From Lama glama (Eukaryota), in assembly GCA_028534125.1 (NCBI GenBank), contig CM052832.1, forward strand, positions 20,894,001 to 20,958,000: a stretch of DNA of 64,000 nucleotides, read 5' to 3'. Under the pieces are notes generated by a model that had not been told where the DNA came from, searched no databases, and worked only from the letters and a program-made list of their open reading frames with translations. A program made the position numbers and the translations under genes. Below, piece after piece: positions 53,645 through 64,000 of the stretch (position 1 is its first letter; every line of letters begins with the position of its first letter).

Positions 53645-55529
53645 AAGAAACGAAGATTCTGAAATTTTATTTTGGTCTCATTAGCATATGTTTAGTATAA
53701 AAATGCCTGAGTTTTGCAGGATACCTGCTCTTCTAGTACACTATAACGTGCCAAAAGGCCCAGAAATCATAAAACGCCATGTTTTACTTTGCACTGTCAC
53801 TGTTTTCTATGCAGAAATGTTTCAGACAGAAACAGCAAGATGTTAATAAACATAAGTTGGGAACTTTTTTAAAAAACCTGTGTGTTTCTATTTAGACTTA
53901 GGGTTATGTTTCTATTAAATTAAAAGGGAGTATGCGGCCATTTAGCTCAGGCTCCCCTCCTGAAAATGTGTTTCAACCACAGGAGAACCTGGGGACACAA
54001 CTCCCTTTCTAGGAATTTGATGTAAAGCTAGCTCATCTTTGAATCCACCAGAGGGATTAGTTAATGAAGACCTACAAAGGACATAAAAAAACAGTATTAT
54101 TTCAAAAGCAGTTTAAACACAGGAATTGAGCATTAGCAATGAGGCTCCATCAAACACGTGGGGCATGGGGTTCAGCCCTCGGGCTATCTGCTTGCCCCCC
54201 ACCTGCCTGTCTGCTGCTGACTCCATGTGCTCCCCTGTGCCAGCCAAAGACCCCACATGTGGCCCAGGGACCCGCTAGTAGCTAAATGGAAAGGGTCTGA
54301 CACCACTTCACCTTTCTCTACAGAGGTCACTGACCTCAATTTTCATAATGAATTGCTTTAGAAATGCATTTGTTTTTGAAATAATCCAAAAAAGAGATGT
54401 CAGATTTTTCTGAGCTAGCTCTTCCACTATTTAATAACTCACTAAGAGTGCCAGTTGTAGGTTAAATTGCAAAGTCAATCAAGATTTAGGGGACCTTCTA
54501 AAATCCTTTTCCAGTTCCCCTGTGTTCAACCAGGACACCTACAAAATAACCTACCAAATGTCCTTCATCCCCAAGCAGCCCACCCCTCATCTTAACCGCC
54601 CCCTCCCTTCACACACTTTCCTCAAGATCCCCCCTTACAGCACCCACCCTGTCCCGACTCTCTGCTACACATCAGGCTAGCATTTCTTAAACTTGAGTAA
54701 TCTACTAAGGTTTCCTCAACCTCCCAGTACTGACCTATTTTATAAGATTTTAAAAATATGTATATAAGCACAACTAGAAATAAACTCCTTAAGCTTGAAT
54801 GCCTAAACAACTATAGAGCTAAAATACATTTATAAGAAAAAGACAAAAAGAGCTATAATAACACAATTTAACACCACGAATTGAATGTGATCGTTGAGGC
54901 CCTGCTACTACTAACTTGTCACTTGCAGCCTGACTATGGCACTGATGCTCCAGCCAAGGCTCGTTTGTGCTAGGAGCACTTGCACTGCTCTGGGCAGCAG
55001 GATGGTTCAATTCTCCCACCTCTTTTTCCACTAATCTCCATCAGAAAAGGATTATCATCCAGCCTAAACTTGCTAGAAACTCATCACTGAGAAATCAGTC
55101 ATTAGCCAGAAACAAAGACTACGACTCAGAGGCTGGCACAAATGTTAACACAGGTGCTGAGTTTCATGGGATAACCTTGTTATAACATGACCATTCAGAT
55201 GATTCAGGATGTGTTTTTATCAGTTTATTATTGTTATCAAAATAGAAACAGAAAGTTGAAACGCCTTGGTAGAGAAGCAAATTCCCTGAGGGTATATGCT
55301 CTGGACAGATGACTGCGGAGGCAACTGATGGACCTGCCTCCAGACAGGCTCCTCCATCCTTACTCTCAGGCCAGCTACCATGTGGGAAAGCAGTATGAGT
55401 CAGCTTCTCACATGGAACATCTTACTGTCCAAGAATATTCATCACATGAAAATAAATTCTTAGAACAGACAGTAACGTCTTTAATCCGCAGGTTACCTTT
55501 TTAAAACTATAGAATCCCACGCACGATGT

Positions 55530-55592
55530 GGAGAGAGAGAGAAAAAGGGAGGTGGAGAGAGAGAAAGGGAGGGGGAAGGAGAGGGAGAAAGA
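55530..55592. repeat. Polypurine (GA-rich) tract
   Basis: Seen directly. Confidence 0.85.
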
Positions 55593-56090
55593 CTTATTTA
55601 GGGGGAAAGTTTTTGGAGAAATTGCTTAACTCTCATTGCTCTCTAGTAACACCACACTCCACCTACACTTGTTCTGATCCCCCATCAACAGCACTGTGAC
55701 TACTAACATTATCCCCACATCAAATGTAAATTTATACATGCCTGATGTTAAGTATACATATGTGCACGTGCACACGCACACATGCACACCAGCCTGTGTG
55801 CCTCTCTGTCCACAAACTTGAGTCTAAGTAGCTCAAAAGCTCCCTTGTCTTTCCTGATTTCCAGTGGAGAAAGTACAGACGTGGCCCTAAAGGAAAGCAG
55901 TCCTGGATCAAGAACTTTGTCTCACTGTCTTGCTGCTGCCGACCAGTCCCAAAAAAGCAGAGAACAGTGTTCATGTTGGAGGCAGAACAGTCTGTCCCCA
56001 AGAGTACACTCACAGTCTCACTCCAAAATGTATTTAACCTCAGGCCAGCGAGAAAAAGCAGCATAAAAAATTTTTTTAAAATATGGACAC

Positions 56091-56470
56091 TGTATTAGTC
56101 AGCTAGGGTTGCCGTAACAAAATACCACAGACTGAGAGTCATGAGAGAACTTGATTCTCTCACAGTTCTGAAGGCTGGAAGTCCAAGATCATGGTGTCAG
56201 CAAGGTTTGTTTCTTCTGAGGTTTCTCTCCTTGACTTGGAGACATTTTGACAGTTGTCTCTGTGCTTTATGTCTCTCTGTGTCCCTGTCATCTCTAGTGT
56301 GTCCCAATTTCCTCTTCTTAAAAAAAACACTGGTCAGATAGGATGAGGGCCCAATCTAAGGGCCTCATTTTAACTAATCACCTCTTTAAAGACCTTATCT
56401 CCAAATAATGAGGTACAAAGTGTTGGGCCTTCAGCATGCATTTTGGAGGAACACAATTCAACCCATATCA
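56091..56470 (-). mobile_element. MaLR solo LTR (MLT1A/B-like)
   Basis: tgtattagtc...ctcacagttctgaaggctggaagtccaagatca...acacaattcaacccatatca; flanks GACAC and GGCAC. Confidence 0.9.
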
Positions 56471-56619
56471 GGCACCCATATTCCACATAAGGTAAAGAAA
56501 CTGAACATTTGCAGCCCCTCTGTGGGTCCCTCCCAGATCACAAACCCCCTATCAAGGGCAACTGCTCTTCTAACTCTAGTTTTGCAGTTCTTCAATATAA
56601 TTGCTAAAATTATAACGGC

Positions 56620-56900
56620 TTTCAAAGTCTTAAAGCTATAAATTTCCCTTTAAGTGGTCCTTCAGCTGTATCTCCTACAGACTACGATATGTTGAGTTTG
56701 CTTTATTGCCATTTCAAAATATGTAATTTTTTTACATATGGGTTATTTAGAAGTGTGTTGTATAATTTCCAAATGGAGATAATTTTCGAAACGGCTTTCT
56801 GTTATTAACCTCTAATTTTGCTGTTATCAGAGAATACACTTTATGATTTCAATTCCTTTTAAGTTACAGAGACCTATTTGATATCTCAGCATATAGTCTC
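56620..56900 (-). mobile_element. Old L1 ORF2 fragment
   Basis: aaagctataaatttcccttta; gggttatttagaagtgtgttg; tcagagaatacactttatgatttcaatt. Confidence 0.7.
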
Positions 56901-57883
56901 CCACTTGGAATTAAAATAAAGTAACATACTTTAACATAGCTGTAGTCACTGTGGCTATGTTGCTTCAAAATATCATAACGTTGCTTAAGGAGAAGCAAGC
57001 TAAGAACAAATTTTAATTTATTAGGTGAAAGTTTGATTGCCACCTATGGAAAATGGACAAAGTATTTATTTTTAGTGACATAAGTATTCTCTTTTTACCT
57101 AAAGCGTTGACTAAAAGAGGCTGAAAATAGTATAACCATATCTTAGAGTTACACCATTTTTTAAAGCCCATCATGAAATATCTAAACCAGATACTAATCA
57201 TTTACCCTACCTCTAGGAGTCAAGTACAAGCAATAAAGAGACCAAGAAATCTTAAAATTTATCCTAGGGCAAAGTGAGCTGGACTGGAATTCGAGATTTC
57301 ATTAAGAAATTTCCAATAAAAGACTGTCCAATAAGAAGCTTTATACATAAAAGTTATATACAGTAAAAATGTGAACCTTTTCTCCAAAGACTTCCGAATA
57401 TATTATAGGAGAAACCACCATACAAAACTATTTCTACATTTCTAAAAAGGATGGTAACTTAAAAATACTGAGAAAAAAAGATTTAATGAAAAAGCAAACT
57501 ACTCAATGTTCACTATCTTACCTTAGGGAAAACCATTTAGGGGTACAGTTCCCCCAAAGCTATTTAAACATTGAGATTCAGAAGCAAACCTTATTTAGCA
57601 GAGTTTCTAGTCAAGGACTTGACCTACATAATTTAAATTATATAAATCAAAACTCAAGGCAATATCCTCAAAGGAAGGGGCTAAAAATGTTTTAAAAATT
57701 TTCAGCCTGGGGATAAACATGAACTAGAAGAAGCAAAAATGTTTCCTGAATACTTTGTATCACACAGCTAAGTAGACAGGATTTTTAATGTCTAATTCTT
57801 AAACTTCTTTAAAAATGAATTTCCGTAAGCACTATGGAAATAGCATGCCCTAAATTTTGGCCAGAATCATGATAACTACTCAC

Positions 57884-58248
57884 ATGTTGCAATCATCTTT
57901 CAAAGTAAGACTCCATAGATGCAGCTTCTGGGGCTGCTACAAGCCAATATGCTGTTAGTACCACAGTGCGCACAGAGCTGTTAGTTTGTGCGACGGTTCA
58001 AACATTCCTCTGGTGAGCCTGTGTTAATGGAAATTCTCCTCTGCAAAGATTCTTTCGGACCACTCTTACAGAAACCTTGTATCAGAGCCAGCAAACAGCC
58101 TCATCAAGATCTTCAACTGTACATTTTTCAGGCATGACACTAGATTTTCTTATACAGTTCCCTATTAAAACGTTTTAAATTCCAAACCAAGCCTTGGGAA
58201 ACAGAGCAGACACTTTCTTGAGCCTTTCTACAGCATTTGGCAATGGGA
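57884..58248 (-). other. Candidate 5' exon (365 nt)
   Basis: Acceptor tttttgttttttcatttcttcaacctag|TCC; donor CAT|gtgagt; non-repetitive sequence. Confidence 0.3.
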
Positions 58249-58829
58249 CTAGGTTGAAGAAATGAAAAAACAAAAATGGTTTTCAGTTCTTACATAGGAG
58301 AGGCAAATCAATCCGTTTACGATGGCAACAAGGGGCAAAACCTTTTGTTATCATCGATTGTGAAATGTTCTTAAGACAATTTTGATTTTACAAAATTAGG
58401 TTTTGGCCTTAGCCTGCAGGTATTTCCCTACTGCATTCTGGATTAATCCACCTTTATAGCTAATTCCTGTCAAAATGACAAAGGAGAATTGATTTCTTCT
58501 GGTGAGGTATCCTTATCAATAGCAACTTCTATACATTGATGGATGGGGTGTTAGAGGAAAGAGCCATTAATTGATTTGTAATAAATAAAGCAAAATCTCC
58601 ACTTAGGACCAGCAATTGATAAAGGCAGCTCTGTTTTCATTGGTAAACTTCTTTAACGTAAAGTTTATAGAGCAGTCCAACTCAACAATCACTCAACTTA
58701 TTACTATAAAACAGCTTTATTAAAGGAATTCCCACTGACATGGCCCAAGTTAAAGGTCACTCAGCATGGTCATCACAATATTAAGTAAAAAATTTTAAAG
58801 TCAAATGGAAAATGTCATTGAAAGTTACT

Positions 58830-59030
58830 CTCTGGTATAATGGAAAAACCTGCAGCTTTGCAATCAGATGATCTAAATTCAATTCAGCTTTGCACTTATT
58901 AAACATTTTACTCAAATTGTCTCAGTCAGTTTTCTCATCTCCAAGATTTGCAACCCCCTTCCTTGCAGAGTACTAATACATGTAAAATGTCTGAAATATA
59001 GCATAGAACATAGCAGTTAATTGCTTAATA
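58830..59030. mobile_element. MIR
   Basis: tcagttttctcatctc core with flanking MIR-like sequence. Confidence 0.6.
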
Positions 59031-59499
59031 TTATTTTATTAGTATTATTATTTGAGAACAAAACCCTAAGAGCAAATCATTCTATCATCTGTCCATGTCT
59101 ACATTACATTAACAGGGCCCAGTTAAAAAAAAAAATCTAATAGGCTTCTCAGATTTTCTTCACTTACAAACAAATACAGTTTTTCAAAAATAAAATTCTG
59201 TTATTATAATATCCTTAATGATATATTGGCTTTTTATGTTGTTTGCTTTGCTTTCATAAAGGAATTGAAAGCAAAACTGTATTTTTAAATGCACTTATAG
59301 TGTTTAAGGATACATTTCTAAGGTCTTCCATCTGCATGGATTTTAACTGATCTGATTTTACAACAGGAGACGCACCGCACCGCTGCTAAGGGTTTACCAC
59401 ATCCTTGGCAAAAATGAGATGAGGCATCAGAAAGGCAATGTAAATGCAATCTGGGCCCAAAAGTTAATTGCTCTTGAATTTCCCTTCTTGTGAATACTG

Positions 59500-60730
59500 A
59501 TGGAGAAACAGAATTGGTGCCAAAAGCTTGGAGATGAGGAAAGTAAAGTTCCCACTTTCAAAGTGACAGTAGAGAAAAATGACAAGAAAGAATCCCAACA
59601 CTGCACCCCACCAGTGCACTCAGCTGTCGATCCTGAGCAAGGTTCTTGGAAAATCGTTCCTCAGAAGAGAAAGCAACAATCCTGGCACACAATGTGGGCC
59701 CAAGAACAAGACAAACCTCACTTCCTCCTCTGACAAGGCGAGTAGCCTGGAAGATGAGGAAAAGACACCAGATAAGATACATTTGGAATTGGGAAGGAAT
59801 CTGACAAAGGTTCTCATGACAACATAAAGGACAAGCTGTAAGAAAATGGGCTCAACGCCAGGGCACTTTGTTAGACTAATCAGCATCTGAATCAAAATGC
59901 CATGAACATCCAATCAATACTATTGTATGGAAGTTTCCTAGAGATCAGGTTTTGTCCTTGGTCCCTTTGCTTCACCATGTTTTTGTTTTTGTTTTTTTAA
60001 ACAATCACCTGGGTGAAACAAAAGAAAGAGTATTTATCTTACCTTAAAACTGCTAAATGAAAATATTTGTGTTGTACATTATTTTTTGACCTACAAATAC
60101 CTCTACCTGAACTACAAACTCTTTGCCTTCACAACTATTCAATGAGGGAGTTAAAACATTATTTTCTAGTTTATAAGTGAGGAAACAGAAATCCTGGTTA
60201 AATTATTCATTTCAAATAACAAAGCTAGAAAATAGAGCTGGGACTTAACCTCAAGTCTTTTGACCTCACATTTTGACTAAAACTTGGGACAGTAAAGAAC
60301 TACAGATGCAGGACAAATAGATCTTAACAAGCGTTAAGTCAGGGGAAGTATCTGAGAAATGACATCAAATAGAGTCCCAGTGAGTCCAGATGGGTGCCAT
60401 GATGTTACATGGATGTTCGAAAACATTTGGCCCAATGAGTTTAATGAGACAGTAAATCTGCTAATCCAGCCAAGCTGTATTAATTACCAAGAGTAAGAAG
60501 GATCACAGTGACCCTTCTCTCTGCTGGTCACAACCCACCTAAGTGGTACCATTCAACATTTTGACAAGGCCATAAGAGGGATGGACGACAACTGGAGAAC
60601 AGTTATCAGGATGATGAGGTTATAGGAAATCACGTCAAATAAAGAATACTGAAGGAATGACAGGTGTTCAACTAGAGAAAAGGCTATCTATGTGTAGCAA
60701 GAGAAACAGCTGTCTTCAAATATAAGTCAT
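59500..60730 (+). mobile_element. CR1/L3 LINE ORF2 fossil in two pieces, split by a MIR-like insert at ~60100-60270
   Basis: Translation KTNLTSSSDKASSLEDEEKTPDKIHLEL..DKGSHDNIKDKL parallels the CR1 RT consensus TNLISFFDRVTRLVDQGNAVDIVYLDFSKAFDKVSHDILVDKM. ctctgctggtcacaacccacct...gacaactggag...cagctgtcttcaaatat matches the L3 3' region. Confidence 0.75.
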
Positions 60731-60777
60731 GTGTTAAGACTATGTCATGAGAGGAAAGAAAGAACAATTCAAGCATT

Positions 60778-61368
60778 CCTTAGTCAGAGTCTGATCAGGA
60801 AATGATATACAGCACTATGAGTAATAAAATATAAAGGATTTACTAAAGGAATTAAATCATATGCAATTGTAGGAGCTGTGTCTGTGGTCTGGTCTGGAAT
60901 TGCCAATAGTTCATGTAGGCAGACAGCTGAGAAGGAGAGCTGGACATGAAGTGAGGGCAAACAAGGAAAAACTGAGACCCACATCTCTCACCATCTCCAA
61001 CATGAACGATGAGGTGGGACCTGCAGGAGAAGGTGGTGCCTTCGCCACAGAGCCACACGCTCTGCACAGCCCTAGGACCTGGAGAAGCCAAAAGAGCAGA
61101 TGGAAGAGGAGAGGACCCCAGGGCAGCCCCACCCCAGCACTAGAGGCCAGAGGTGAACAAGGCATGGGAGAGGCACCGTGCCTGGCTCCCTACGCCAGTC
61201 CCCAGAGCTTGAAAACCGGCTGCTCCTTCACGTCCACCTCTGAAACCTTGTACATTTCTGTTGTGCCCAAGCCTAATCGAGATCCTCACAAGGGGACTCT
61301 TGAGAGAAAAGTACTCTGGAGAACTGCAGTTTCAGCTTAGCGAAGTAGGGGCAGTACTAAGTCACCAA
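60778..61368 (-). mobile_element. ERVL-type solo LTR (MLT2F-like)
   Basis: tagtcagagtctgatcaggaa...atgcaattgtaggagctg; ends actgcagtttcagcttagcgaag. Confidence 0.6.
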
Positions 61369-62317
61369 AAAGGAAACCTAGATTTCTGACCAATACAAGT
61401 GTGTGAGGTAACCAAAGACTGAACGGACACTGGAAAGTATGGACTCTGTCATCAGCTACACTCAACTCAGCTCAGGAAACATGTGGAAAAAATAGTATCA
61501 GTAGAAAAAGTGATTCACCCAGATGTGATACTTCAGATCCTTTCCCACCCTGAGAGTACCACTGTTGCAGTACAAGGCAATGGTTAAGAGAACCTGTTTT
61601 GAGAGTAAATGCTCACAGTGTGGATGTGCAGGCACGACAGCATTACACCAATCACAGGACTTGAGACACAGAACTCTTAGGCTTTAGAGTTCGTGCAGCA
61701 GTGATTTTCAAACTTCAAAAATGTTCACCACATCCATAAAGGAGTATGTATTTTTTCATTCCAGTGTCATGTGGTCCAAACTCCCCCAAACACATGGGTA
61801 GCAGCTGTCAATGGTATACTGGTGCTTAGAATGTAATATGGGAAACCCAAAGACATCTCCAACATAAGAAGTAGAAAAGGTGACATTTCTCCCCAAGCTT
61901 TCAACTTGCTGGGCCTGGGGTTAATGCCCTCTCCTTCCTTCTTTTACTTCCTTCAGGGCAACTTCATCTGGCAACATCTGTCCTCTTGTTCTTAGTGGTC
62001 CCTGCAGCACTCAACCTGAGAGGCTCGTATAACACAGGAGAAAGAGTCATGAAGGCGGCCCGCATCCTGAATGTGTAAATCCTGCAAAGGGGCCTGCTCC
62101 TTGTCCTCGTGCTGATCGAGCACCAGTCCAGCCTGGACTTCCGAGATCCAAGGCAGGAGAGACCTCAATCTAAGGCAACCAAATGGTGGGTCATGGCAGC
62201 CTCCCAAAACAGCAACAAAAACCAGGCAAAATGCTCCAAATACTGAAGGGAAGATCCATGTTTGAGCATACATTACTTTTCCTATGGCCATAAACGTCTA
62301 CACTTGTAAAACTGTAC

Positions 62318-62545
62318 CTGGCCTTTGGCGCTACAGGTCATACTCTTGGTTCAACATTTAAATGGCAGTTTCTCCTTTCCAAGGAATTCACAGCTAACGA
62401 GGTTTCTGCCTCACGACAGCTTAACTTCAGAACTTTTACAAACTACTTTACATGTCAGATACCCTCATGGTTTTTTTGCTTTTTTTCCCTATTTTAAAAC
62501 GTATTCCCACCTTCTGACTCTTTCCAGTAGTTTTCTTTGTCCCAG
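62318..62545 (-). other. RBM47: Candidate alternative first exon of the same gene (5' end approximate)
   Basis: Donor CAG|gtacag at 62318/62317. GC box, FOX and ETS motifs lie just upstream. ATG at 62341 (A at -3) gives 8 codons in phase 0. It is ~46 kb upstream of the 16.4-kb exon, similar to my recollection of the spacing of an internal RBM47 promoter. Confidence 0.42.
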
Positions 62546-62598
62546 CTTCCTGTGACTAAAGGCAAAACTCTTTAGGTAAACAGGCTGGGGGCGGGGGG
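62546..62598 (-). promoter_or_regulatory. Promoter-like motif set: Sp/KLF GC box, forkhead site, ETS site
   Basis: GGGGGCGGGGGG 62587-62598; GTAAACA 62576-62582; CTTCCTGT 62546-62553. Confidence 0.45.
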
Positions 62599-64000
62599 AA
62601 CTAACTTAAATCAACACAACCGAAGTCGAGTAGCCGAGTAGCCAAGAGCGTATAGTATTTTTCCACAAGGTGTGGTCTAGCAGCTGACTCTAGAGCAGTT
62701 CAAATGCCTCTTGCTAGTGCCATTGCACCAGTTCACGCCGCCGTATGCATGGGAGTCACCAGCCAGTGCCTGCAATGCCAGCAAGAATCTGCAGATTAAT
62801 GAAATTCCCCACAAGGGCTGCAGACACGCCCACCACTTTATTTCTTTTACCAGGATATTAATGCATTTCAGGCTCTGAGTTTACAGCCTATGTCAATTTT
62901 TTTTTTGACGTCTGAGTTACGCCCACCAAGACAACATAACATCCAGACAGCAACCCCAAGGGCAAAGTGAGGAGGATTTTCTGATTATGTCATCAAACAG
63001 GAAACCTCATGGAGACTCTGGGATTAATGTATTTTCCACTGGAGCTGAAAGCAGGCAGGATGCAGTCCCTGGAAGGGACAGAGGGAGGAAGGGGGCAAAG
63101 CTGGAAAGGGTGTAAGGTAGTGTCTTTAATAAGGCATTTAAAGAAATCACTCACTGATTCACATCTTCAGTCTCCAAGCAAACCAAGATTTTAAAACATC
63201 AGTTGACTGTAGTACTGAGCACACTGCAAAAGCACTGGGTGTGAACGCACCCCACGAAGTGTATCTCTAAACCATGGCACCATTCTTGCTCCAGATGGCA
63301 TGGAAAATAATTTATAAATGACAAAAGTTCAGTGAATGTGCGGCAGCTGCTCGGTGTGAGCCCTGTGGCCACCCACTTCAGTAGAACTGAGAGCCTTCAA
63401 TCAACTCTTGTCTCTCAGAGGGCCTTCACACAGCATCAGAACATGTGCACAATATGTTCTCAGAAAGTAGCTGGCCAAATATGAAAGATTAGAAAATCAA
63501 GTTAACCAGAAATGGAAGATACAAATACATACTGTTTTCTTGAAATCCCTAATACCAAGCAGGGACTAAAAAAAAGACTCTGACTTTTCAAAACCAAACT
63601 TTGCATGATCTCTTTTTTTCCCCCTGCATATATACTCACAGCTTCCTTTCACACAGAATGAGAAGCATCTCAAATTTGGGCAGTATTACTTTAATAGTAG
63701 TCAACACTGCACTCGTATCTCTTCCTTCATTCACTCCCACAACTCCTCATATTAAAGTATTCCAGCATAACCATGAGCCACTGGCTACTCTGAAACATAG
63801 GCCTCATCCATTTTCTCTTTCTGCTCTGAGCCTCCAAACAAAGCCAACAAATTCTAAAGTGCCGCCCCCGCCTGGTTGCAAAATGAACATCTTCTGCCTG
63901 TTTACTTGGGAAGGGTTGCGCAATCGCTATTCAAATCTAGGTAAATCATTCACGAGAATAGAAAGGGACTAGAGATGATTACATTAACTAAATTCTTCGA

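Noticed and set aside
57884-58135. Selenocysteine or readthrough recoding of the three TGA codons
   Set aside because: No SECIS element or selenoprotein motif seen, and the stop count is near chance.
60900-61340. Longest ORF (146 aa)
   Set aside because: Lies within an LTR-like element, has a non-ATG start and no recognisable domain.
1-64000. CRISPR arrays, operons, tRNA/rRNA/snoRNA genes
   Set aside because: Eukaryotic intronic DNA; no repeat-spacer arrays or recognisable structured RNA genes seen by eye.
1-64000. Alternative host genes with many 5'-UTR exons (ZBTB38, BACH2, ATXN1, SGMS1, THRB)
   Set aside because: Recalled leader sequences or exon spacing fit worse than RBM47; not formally excluded without a search.

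Overview
Mammalian genomic DNA. The young L1 3' UTRs look camelid-like (inference). It has six short N gaps and no complete protein-coding gene, RNA gene or CRISPR array. The window reads as the 5' intronic region of a minus-strand gene: 8 of 10 L1 fragments are on +, which is antisense to it, and the best splice-site pairs I found are on -. The best exon (16318-16451, -) resembles, from memory only, the last annotated 5'-UTR exon of RBM47 (RNA-binding protein, APOBEC1 cofactor). The main RBM47 coding exon would lie left of the window. Most interesting: this exon is open end to end, and a promoter-like first exon at ~62.3-62.6 kb supplies an in-frame ATG (MTCSAKGQ|ELSPHV...REPTR), predicting an N-terminally extended isoform. 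There are further candidate alternative, uORF-bearing or fossil 5' exons. Also notable are a CpG-rich retroposed insert with a 17-bp target-site duplication (TSD) nested in an L1, a CRE/UPRE/Ets-IRF motif cluster, and a CR1/L3 reverse-transcriptase fossil. I found no evidence for a wholly new multi-gene system. Almost all ORF-track entries are chance ORFs, repeat remnants or gap artefacts. Repeat family names and boundaries are by eye and approximate.
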